Shown one piece after another: positions 1 to 9,903 of a stretch of 53,540 nucleotides of DNA (positions are counted from its first letter, which is position 1; each line of letters opens with the position of its first letter). The position numbers and the translations under genes were made by a program. Where the stretch lies: assembly GCA_032718475.1 (NCBI GenBank), contig JAUCBJ010008329.1, forward strand, positions 1 to 53,540, written 5' to 3'. The DNA is from Nemertoderma westbladi. Lineage: Eukaryota > Animalia > Xenacoelomorpha. The notes beneath the pieces are model-generated. The model saw only the letters and a program-made list of their open reading frames with translations, did not search any database and was not told the DNA's origin.

Positions 1-2705
1 ATATGTTATGTCCCTGTGTATTATAGTCATGCTGCTGTACCGATATAGGCCTACCCACTTCCTGCCTACCTACCGGTATGTACTCCGCGGCTTCTGGGTT
101 TAATCCCATCATTCGCGCTACCCTATCGCCTACTCTATCTCTCCCAGCATGGCCTATAATAGTATGTGCAGTAAGGCCTACAGTATGTCCTGCAGTCTGC
201 ATGTGCCCTTTCGAACCGAAGTTTAATCTTCGCGAATCTCGAATCTCCCGGCGACTACCGTACTCTCGATCGGCAGCTATATCCCGTCGGGAAGCTTCTC
301 TTCGATCCCCTCTCCTGTTCTTGACTTTATATCGGTACATCCTGTACCCCTCTCTTGGTGTGCGGTGCGTTTCTCCGGGGCGACGGCAATCTCCCGAAGT
401 TCGACCCCACTGACTCCCTAACTCCATCTCTACTGTCGACGGCTCGCTATCCGTTCTCGCACTCCTATCGTTCGTGGCGACACTTCTTCTACTATCTTCT
501 CTTTTCTTTTCAGTGCAGTATTCCCGCTCATAAGATCTCTCGTCGACCTCCCGGTTAAACTCCACTGCTTTTCTTTCCTCTTCTGATCAGGCTCGACGCT
601 TCGTCCGCCCTCTCGCGACGTCAACCTGCCCCTCTCTGCTCGATCGCACGCCGCTGGGGATACTCGCAATCCCCCTATTACTCTCCGTCGCCGGGTGTTG
701 CGGTTTACCTAGCTCGGCCCGCGCATTATCCACCGACGCCTGTGGGACACACTCTGCCCCCCCCCCCCCTCGCCACTAACTTCTCGTTGTGGGGCTCCTG
801 TAGCCCCCCCCCCCACTCGCCACTGACCTCTCATTGCGGGACTCCTGTAGCCCCCCCCCCCCACTCGCCATATCTTACTTCACTATCTCTTACTTCGTCT
901 CTGCACCCCTCTCTAGTCGATGCACTGTCTCTACTATGGCTGGGTCTATTCACCCTCGCCTCTCTCTCTACTACTGCGTGGCCTATCAGGCCCACCTCGG
1001 GTTGGCTCAACCCCGCTACCTCCTGCCTACCAACTACGTGGCCTACCAGGCCGCCGTCGGGTTGGCTCAACACCTGCCACTTCCTGCCTACTAACTACGT
1101 GGCCTACCAGGCCGCCGTCTGCCGGGCTATACACGTCTGACACGTTCACATTAATAGCACCATTCCCAATATTATTTGTTAAATCAATTAAATTATTAGA
1201 ATTTGAAACGGGATTATTATTTAAATTATTTAAATTAGAATTATTATTATTTTCAAAATTTAAATTATTATTCGAATTATTTGAATTATTCTGAATATTT
1301 GAATTAATGTTATTATTTGAATTTAAGTTTAAATTACTACGACCAGGTAAAATATTATCTGCTGCAATAAAGGGATTAGGGTTATCTACTACGGTACTAT
1401 TAATATTAACTACTTCTAACGTACTACTACTACCCCCCCCCCCCCCCCCGCCCGTACGGCTACACCAGTTCTGGTTCTCTCGCCCGGTGCCTGTAAGTGG
1501 GGTCTCACTCTCTGATAGTTCCAACCGCGCCAGTTCTAGTCGGCGCCGCTCCAGTTTGGCTTGATATTGCGTAAGCCTCTCTAGCTCGGGCACGCAAATC
1601 ATCCCGCACACGCTTACTCCTCTATTTCTCTCTCTCGTGTACTCTGCTCGGCCAACTCTGCCCCTCTCGCAACCGTCTCAAACCGCCTCGCCGGCTCGCT
1701 CATCTCCCGCTCTCTACACTCCTCGGCTCCTCTCTCTACACCCCTCGGCTCTCTCTCTACACCCCCTCGCCCACTCTCCTTCTCCCTCCAACAATGCGGT
1801 TTCCTCCCTCAGTCGCCTCTCTAACTCTTTCTGCTCATGTCGCCACCATTATCTAATTTATACGCTCAGATTTATCTCCCGCACCCTTCTTTCTTTTTTG
1901 CAGAGGATGTAGCGAACTTCTCTTGTAGCGACTTATCGGTTGCGACGGACTCCCTCCGCCTGCCCCTCCTACTGACCTTCCCCCGCCTCCCGGAACTTCC
2001 TCCGACCGACGAGACCGAATCCTCGGGGCTAACCTCGGATTCGCCCTCCTGCAGGTCTCCTCCAACCCACTAATTTTGCTCCCCGGGCATCGACTAAGTA
2101 TAGCCCTATGTACACTACACTAGGCTGCATACCCTTACACTCCCATAGTTCAATCAGTTCGCTGGCAACCCCTCTCGCTCTCTCGCTGGCTAGTTCTTGC
2201 TGCCTAAAACGCACTAGGTAAGCAAGATATCTGTTCGACTCACCTAGCCGCTTTTCTAACTTTACCTCGTCTAGTTCTGCTCCCTCCTTAGATTCCCTCA
2301 ACTGTTCCCTCGTGGCATTGTAAGCCCGTCGGAATCGGTCGCTAACTCCGACGTCCTCGTCGCCGACATCCCCTCTTGCTCTCCGTGTCCAGCGTCGTAC
2401 CGGCGGCTCCACCGTCGCCGTTCCGGTGGGCCATCCGCCGCCATCCGCCGTACCTGTGGCTGGCCGGCGACATCGGCACGTCGACCGCCGCTGTGTGTCG
2501 ACTCGTCTCTTTCCCCTCTCGACTCGTCTTTCCCTCCTCTCGACTCGTCCTCTGGTTGTAGACGGCCCCCCTCATCTTCGGTTACTGGGTCGCCCGTTAT
2601 CGATGGGTCCGGCGTCGTGGGTTTATACCGTCTCGTCGCGGCCTCGCGGATCGTTAGATCACCGTCCGGGGTCCGCGGCGGTGTCGTCTTTCCTTCTTGG
2701 CTCAT
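1..2705 (-). pseudogene. gag: Degenerate gag-like ORF of an LTR retrotransposon (BEL/Pao- or Gypsy-like), running off the left edge
   Basis: ATG at 2705 lies ~65 nt inside the LTR. Frameshifted segments include a coiled-coil stretch (AKLERRRLELARLEL), EVSPEDSVSSVG (~2000-2035, a gag N-terminal type motif) and low-complexity linkers. The frame is stop-free from 586 to the window edge. No capsid or pol motifs are visible in the window. Confidence 0.65.
757..1125. repeat. Tandem repeats inside gag: poly-C units (~49 bp) and ~2.5 copies of a ~60-bp unit
   Basis: CTCCTGTAG(C)nACTCGCCA is repeated, and (A)CTACGTGGCCTACCAGG recurs at ~971, ~1032 and ~1092. Confidence 0.85.
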
Positions 2706-2769
2706 CTTTATCTCTGGTGGCTGGCAGCCACAGTCTGTCAGGGCAGTTGGTTGGATCTAGTTCTATCAC

Positions 2770-3850
2770 TGTGACGGGATCCGTGGACCCCGATTTATCC
2801 GTGTGGGTTTTCCTATCTACGCGTCCCCGCCGTGTGTGTGTGAAAAGGTTCTTTAAGGGTTCCAAAGTTCTTGGTTGATATGAAGATATGGTAATATGAT
2901 ATAAGCACAATTAATCAGGGTTAAAGATGTACCGGTAAATAGGTATTACATATAATGGCGGAAGCGGACGGTGATAGAAGTCACCGTTCCACCCTACTGA
3001 ACTGACTGAGTAAACTGAGCAAGTAACACAGTTACCGGTAATATATATTGCACGGTTGGCCGCATTATCCTACTCAGCCGATGCCTCCCCCCCATTGGCT
3101 AATAACCCTGTTGTCGCCCTTTGCCTCTCCTGGAGGGTTTCCCTTTGCCCTGTTACTCTCTCTCTCTTTCAGGGGTGTAACCCCTGACCCCTATTGTGCG
3201 TGTGTTCTCTAGGGCCTATTGTCCCCGTTTACTGGGGTGACACGAGGTTGATTGGTAATCAACCTCGTGCTCCCAATATTGCTTAGAGGCGCTCTTTCCC
3301 ACTTTATGGGGGTTTGGTGAGGCGGAATTGAATCCGCTCACATACCGAGGACACCAGGGCAATATACATTGCTGGCTAGAGATAGAGATGCCAGCATATT
3401 AGCTCATCTCAGGGGGAAGCTAGCATAAGGCCAGGGGGAAAAGGGATTGGCCAGGGAACAGATCAACCAATGATGGGGTGGTTTACCATTAATTATCGCG
3501 CATTCATTGGTAGGCCAAACATAGGTAAGAATGTGTATCCCATGTAATAATATATAACCATTACTCTGTTAATTGTGCCTCAGTTGGCTATATTGAGTGT
3601 AGAAGTCAGATGGTTTTTTAAAGGTCGTCGACCATCATTGTTACTGCTATTATTATATCACTGATTGTGCTTCATAGATCTGATATTACGAACAACTGTA
3701 ACTATAATCTCAGTTATTTTACCGGCCTTCGGCCTTTCAGCATCCTAACAGCGTTTCAGTAGCCTAACAGATGTTGCGACGAGTATTTACCACACGACTC
3801 AAAATACACACACACTGGTCGGGATCCTCGCCAACTCGGATCCCGTCACA
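2770..3850 (-). mobile_element. 5' long terminal repeat (1081 bp)
   Basis: TG...CA termini with a perfect 14-bp inverted repeat TGTGACGGGATCCG / CGGATCCCGTCACA. It adjoins the gag-like ORF on the left and abuts a LINE RT fragment on the right. Minus-strand TATATA at ~3041-3048 has TCAGT Inr-like motifs ~30-35 nt downstream. Confidence 0.75.
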
Positions 3851-4120
3851 CAGCTAGATATTCTTGAACATGAAATTGGCATCGAAGTTCTGGCTTTGGA
3901 GTGGTTTCGTTCATATCTGTCACAACGTTCACAGAGAGTACGCATTGGGGAATCATATTCTTGTCTGCTTGACCTACAGTATGGGTTGCCAGGGCTCTGT
4001 TCTGGGGCAACTACTTTTCCGCATATATACCCGATCTCTCTATCTGCAGTCGGACAACTCTACCACTTCTATATGCAGACGATACACAGCTCTATATTAT
4101 TTTTAGATATTACAAAGTAT
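3851..4120 (+). pseudogene. L2/CR1-group LINE reverse transcriptase fragment
   Basis: WFRSYLSQRSQRVRIG, then frameshifted QGSVLGQLLFRIY and a degraded YADD region. Confidence 0.85.
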
Positions 4121-4133
4121 TAAATGATGCCAT

Positions 4134-5200
4134 ATGCCAGGAAGGGAATTAATTAATGAATTATGTCAACGATTTCCTCAAGCAACTCCTATGTTTGCAT
4201 CAACCACATCTAAAAAACCTGTTTCGATTGCGGGTAGCAGCAATATATCTCCTATCCACGATGTGACGGAGCACAGGTTTGTCAATCCAGATAAGTTTAT
4301 ACCGCCAAGAGCAACGTCATCGCCTATTCCGAAGGTAAAGGTGAGTAACCCACCAATTACGGACCGTAGTAGTTTGTTAGCTGGGCCTACATTAGTGACA
4401 ACTAAACAGGTGAGCCAACCTTTGTCATCTAAACCTGTCACGTACTGCGTGAACCCAATTGTATTTAGACCAACAAGGCCTTTAGATTCAAATGCCCTTC
4501 TGCGACCACTCACTCAGTTTACATCGAAATCTACGACTTCGAGGAAGACTTGCGAGCCTACCGAACAGCGGAGACCTGTAGATCTGCGACCACTCACTCA
4601 GTTTACATCGAAATCTACGAGTTTGAGGAAGACTTGCGAGCCTACCAAACAGTGGAGACCTGTAGATCCGTGACCATTCACTCAGTTTACATCGAAATCT
4701 ACGACTTCGAGGAAGACTTGCGAGCCTACCGAACAGCGGAGACCTGAAGATAATGTTCCGAAACGAAGTGTTAGAATTCGGACAATGCAACGGACGCAAA
4801 CACGTCGGCCACCGTATCCGGGTGATAGTGACACTTCAAGTGAATCGGACTACCCTGAGCGTGAAGTATTTAGAACAGGTGCGGTTGATGAATGCAAACG
4901 TGAGCGTTCAACCAACTCCTTTATAAACAATCCTCCACAAAACACACCAACACAGAAAGCGCTACAACCAACAGAAACGATCAGTACTCAGCAACTCGTT
5001 GAACTAATGCGACCTGTTGTTAACAAGTTGGCATAGATCGAGGAACGTTTGGAGGAAGCTCAAACGGACAACTCGAGAATAAATACGGAATTCGAACACA
5101 CCAGACACCCGAAGGACACAAGCATACCGGATCCGCCAAGGGCGGTACCCTCAGAGAATATTCCGTATCAGAAAAGACGTTCAGGCAGAATGCTTCAATA
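4134..5200 (+). pseudogene. Degenerate Pro/Ser/Thr-rich ORF, possibly a gag N-terminal remnant
   Basis: Consecutive 179-aa and 83-aa ORFs with low-complexity composition ending in a short coiled coil (LVELMRPVVNKLA*IEERLEE). No diagnostic domain. Confidence 0.35.
4500..4746 (+). repeat. 84-bp tandem repeat, 3 copies
   Basis: Units start at 4500, 4584 and 4668 and encode LRPLTQFTSKSTTSRKTCEPTEQRRPVD. Confidence 0.95.
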
Positions 5201-5459
5201 GAAAGCTGTCTCGTATTGCATGAATATATTTTGACAGAGGATGCATGAATGTATTTTAAAAATAAATACAGAGAAAACTGAATTTATTTTGCTCCAAACC
5301 TCGTTTGGCCCCTAAGTTGAAATGCCTGTAATTAAGATCGGCAGTGACACAGTGGTTTGTATGGCATACATTTGGTTTTAAAACAGAGGCACAGAGGCAG
5401 CCTAACAGATAGATATCGTTATGGCTGATAATTATTGAATAAAGCGTCATTACCTAACT

Positions 5460-6232
5460 TTAATATATCTATATTTATTAATAATAATGTACTAAATGTA
5501 CCTATCTATGATCTACTCTACACTACTTAGTACTGGGTAAGCACAATTAACATAATACTATCAATCATCAAGTTAACCAGCAGTCTCTGGTATTTTTGAG
5601 TTTGTTTGCTATTTCGTTTAAGTTATTTCCTCAAGGGCATACATTTTGCTGAAATGGCTCCTAATTTTAGTTATAAATACTTTGTATGACTTGAGCTCAC
5701 GGATATTTTTATCTAAGGAATTCCACAGTCGGGTGCTGCTTACCATTACGCTGTTGTACCCGAAAAGTGTATTTGTTTTTGGAATTTTAATACAAGAAGT
5801 TCTCTTATTTATATTATCGTTCTTTATTCCATAGTTTTGTAGGAAAGGTAAGCTAAGATTTTTAAACGGTGTCGATAGATCGTAAAAATATTTATAGTAG
5901 TATTTTAATGCATAGTAATTCCTAAGTGCTTGTAAATGTGGTAATTTTGCTTGTGAACATAGTTCTGTCCCTGTAGCGTCTCTAATTTTTTTGCAGTAAA
6001 CGGTGCGTAATCCGTAATTTTGTATTTTATCTAGCTCGTATAGTATGTTCTTGTACCCATGTGTTTCGTGAAGTGGAGCGATAATTTCACAGCAGTAGTT
6101 ATGTAATGGCAGAACAGTTGCTTTAAATACAGTAAGTTTTGTGCTTGTTGGTAATTGGCCCTTTATTAGTCTTAGACAGGATACTGCGTGGGTCATTTTT
6201 TCTGTGATTGATTTAATTTGTGGTTTCCAATT
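5460..6232 (-). mobile_element. 5'-truncated CR1/L2-group LINE (ORF2 C-terminus 5618-6196 plus 3' UTR)
   Basis: FKATVLPLHNYC, LDKIQNYGLR and RLWNSLDKNIRELKSYKVFITKIRSHF are typical ORF2 C-terminal motifs. Minus-strand AATAAA near 5475. Confidence 0.8.
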
Positions 6233-7397
6233 TAGTTATGTTGTAATAAATCCGCCTGCTAATGATTGGTTGATTTAGGGGAGAGTTTAAATACACAATT
6301 ATGCTGTAATAAATCCACCTGCTAATGATTGGTTGATTTAGGGGAGAGTTTAAATACACAATTATGTTGTAATAAATCCGCCTGCTAATGATTGGTTGAT
6401 TTAGGGTAGAGTTTAAATATACAATTATGTTGTAATAAATCCTCGTGCTAATGATTGGCTGATTTAGGGGAGAGTTTAAATATACATTTATGTTGTAATA
6501 AATCCGCACGCTAATGATTGGTTGATTTAGGGGAGAGTTTAAATATACAATTATGTTGTAATAAATCCTCGTGCTAATGATTGGCTGATTTAGGGGAGAG
6601 TTTAAATATTCAATTATGTTGTAATAAATCCTCGCGCTAATGATTGGCTGATTTAGGGGAGAGTTTAAATATACAATTATGTTGTAATAAATCCGCACGC
6701 TAATGAGTGGTTGATTTAGGGGAGAGTTTAAATATACAATTATGTTGTAATAAATCCTCGCGCTAATGATTGACTGATTTAGGGAAGAGTTTAAATATTC
6801 AACTATGTTGTAATAAATCCTCGCGCTAATGATTGGCTGATTTAGGGGAGAGTTTAAATATACAATTATGTTGTAATAAATCCCCTCGCTAATGATTGGT
6901 TGATTTAGGGGAAAGTTTACATATACAATTATGTTGTAATAAATCCTCGCGCTAATGATTGGCTGATTTAGGGGAGAGTTTAAATACCCAATTATGTTGT
7001 AATAGATCCGCCTGCTAATGATTGGTTGATTTAGGGGAGAGTTTAAATACACAATTATGCTGTAATAAATCCGCCTGCTAATGATTGGTTGATTTAGGGG
7101 AGAGTTTAAATATACAATTATGTTGTAATAAATCCGCACGCTAATGAGTGGTTGATTAAGGGGAGTTGTAATAAATCCTCGCGCTAATGATTGACTGATT
7201 TAGGGGAGAGTTTAAATATACAATTATGTTGTAATAAATCCTCGCGCTAATGATTGGCTGATTTAGGGGTGAGTTTAAATATACAATTATGTTGTAATAA
7301 ATCCTCGCGCTAATGATTGGCTGATTTAGGGGAGAGTTTAAATACACAATTATGCTGTAATAAATCTACCCGCAAATGATTGGCTGATATAGGGTGG
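6233..7397. repeat. 63-bp tandem satellite, ~18 copies
   Basis: Unit AATTATGTTGTAATAAATCCTCGCGCTAATGATTGGCTGATTTAGGGGAGAGTTTAAATATAC. The period is confirmed by the 21-aa repeat in the minus-strand ORF. Confidence 0.97.
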
Positions 7398-7527
7398 AAT
7401 CCTTTGAAAATCCTCTATTTCGTAAATTGTAGGCTACCAATTGCGGTACTGTTGTACAGTATGTCATTTTCAAATAGGCATCTCATTATATTTCGATAAA
7501 TTATCTAATCGCTTGGGGTGAATATTA

Positions 7528-7760
7528 TTTCAGCCAATCACTAGCGCGAGGATTTAATAACACATAATTTGTGTATTTAAATTCCCTCCTATTCCAGCCA
7601 ATCAATAGCACGAGGATTCAATACACCATAATTGTGTATTTAAACTCTCCCCTAAATCAGCCAATCATTAGCAGGCGGATTTATTACAACATAATTGTGT
7701 AATTAAATTCCTTTCCAAATCAGCCAATCGCTAAGGGGAGGATAAAATCACATAAATGTG
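7528..7760. repeat. ~3.5 diverged inverted copies of the 63-bp satellite
   Basis: For example ATAATTGTGTATTTAAACTCTCCCCTAAATCAGCCAATCATTAGCAGGCGGATTTATTACAAC is the reverse complement of the unit. Confidence 0.9.
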
Positions 7761-7783
7761 TCCATTTATATCATCCACTAAAA

Positions 7784-8017
7784 GGATGTAGGACAATTCG
7801 GTCCTCGGACAATTCGGTCCCGGACCGAATTGTCCTGGTCCAATTGCTGGGACCGAATTGTCCTAGTCAGTATCCGGACAATTCGGTCCCGGACAATTCG
7901 GTCCCGGACAATTCGGTCCCGGACAATTCGGTCCCAAAACACAAAATTAATGGGACCGAATTGTCCGGGACCGAATTGTCCGGACCGAATTGTCCGGGAC
8001 CGAATTGTCCTGCTTCC
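7784..8017. mobile_element. Foldback-type MITE built from 15-bp GGACAATTCGGTCCC units
   Basis: TIRs GGATGTAGGACAATTCGGTCC / GGACCGAATTGTCCTGCTTCC. Flanks CACTAAAA / CCCTAAAA suggest an 8-9 bp TSD with one mismatch (Mutator- or hAT-like length). Confidence 0.85.
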
Positions 8018-8155
8018 CCCTAAAATAGGAGGAGAAATTAATCAATTTGTGAATAATTATACCCCGTAAATAATAAATCTGCACCCTTTTGGAGGTGAAT
8101 TAAATGTTTTGCGCGTGATTTAATGTAGCAGGGTTTTAAAACCAATGTATGCCAT

Positions 8156-9259
8156 CCCTAGACTTGCAACATCAGCAATCTGCACTGATCTTAGCATAAG
8201 ATCTTTATATGTCTTGGTAAGATCTTGGCAACTTTACTCTATGATCTTAGCAGGGTTGGCAACGATCAGTGCAGATCTTTACAGGATTGGTAAGACCACG
8301 GCTGAGTAAGATCAGTGTAGATCTTTGCAGAATTAATGATATATAACAAAATTCTGCAAAGATCTCAATAGTTCTCAATCATTAAGTAAGCAAAATTTGG
8401 AGCATTCTTCTGTTTGCACTCTGGATTGTTACTATGGGGATATGGCAGTGGGGGATATAGAACTAACCTAACACATCTTACCTACATATCCTACTGTACA
8501 ACTAACACCTACACACCTAACTGCCTAACATTTTCTATTGTCCCTATCTGTATATCTATTGTGTGGTAATGGCTTTATATTTAAGCAGAACAAATTTCAA
8601 TTTGGTTTTAAGGTTAGCCAATTTAACTTTGCATTAATATCAATAAATTTATATTAGATTCATATAAATTAATATAATTACTCTACTTGGCCACCATATT
8701 AGATAATTCATATTGAAGTAGATTTATAAATTTCTTTGTTTCTATACCTATTAATTGATAATTTATAATTAATTATTGATTGATAATTTCTAACTTGATA
8801 TTATCATGATATGATCATGACAAGATCTGAAAAGATCTTCGTATGATATGTAATCTTATGTAAAATGCTATGAAAGAGAGTACTCTGGTCGGTAAAATAC
8901 GGCAAAAAATAATAATCATTGGCCTCTGCCTCTGGTGTATTAAAATTTGGGCAGCCTCAGTATCTGGCCTGATCTTATCCTGATCGTAGTCTGATCATAG
9001 CAGATATAATAGCCATGTTGTTACTTTCCAAGACAATAATTATAATGTTTAATGTAAAAATGGTTTTGATATTTAACAAATAATTGCAACCACACATTCA
9101 ATAAATAAATATTTTTTCAATATTTTGTATATGTAAATTCTGTATAATCATTCTATGATCATAGCAGATTTGCAATGTATTATGATCAGTGCAGATGAAT
9201 CAAGCACATAGCATGATCCGTATAGATCTTGGCAGATTCGTAAAGTCACTCGTCTAGGG
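8156..9259. mobile_element. Non-autonomous DNA transposon, EnSpm/CMC-like
   Basis: Termini CCCTAGAC / GTCTAGGG, both flanked by AT (2-bp TSD), with dense GATCT/AGATC subterminal repeats at both ends. Confidence 0.6.
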
Positions 9260-9903
9260 ATAGGTTTGCATTCAATCGCCACGTACAATAATATCGGCCT
9301 AATTATAGACTCACAAGTCGGTGTAATAGTTAGGGAATCATTTTGTTGATCTTCGGCAAGTGACAAAAATAAAGCGTTATTTGAGTAAAGATTGCTTGGA
9401 AACTTTAATATATATATATATATATTTATTGACTGATATGGATGGTTATTCACAATTTATACAATATTAAATATAATATAGCTAATAATAAATATATCAT
9501 ATAGTAAATATAGCTAATACGTAATACCGAACAAATGAACAATCAAATAATTAAATTATCACGGCAAGGAAATCAGTCCAATTTATGAGTTACCTTTACA
9601 GTAGTACAGTATCTAAACGTGGTTCATATAATTAATAATATTAAATAATTAATGTAAATAAATTCGATCTACTTAAATACGTATAATTAGCACAATATTA
9701 ATTTTAACTTCATTCAACTAATTATCAGGGTAATACTATGTTTCCTATAATAATAATACTTAAATACCAAAAATTAGAATTCATTAATTTTGTTGTTCTG
9801 GGTCTTCAATTGTAAGTCAATTTTATTAGTCATCTTAGGTACAGTATAAAATGAGCACTGTAAAATCAAATTTCGATCGCACCTATTGCACTAATAAATA
9901 TTA

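Noticed and set aside
195-230. Gag zinc knuckle (NFGSKGHM)
   Set aside because: All the cysteines are missing and the frame continues as low-complexity sequence. The resemblance is probably superficial or fully decayed.
6213-7347. 308-aa and 63-aa repeat-protein ORFs
   Set aside because: They are translations of a 63-bp satellite whose unit is a multiple of 3 and lacks a stop in that frame. There is no unique coding context.
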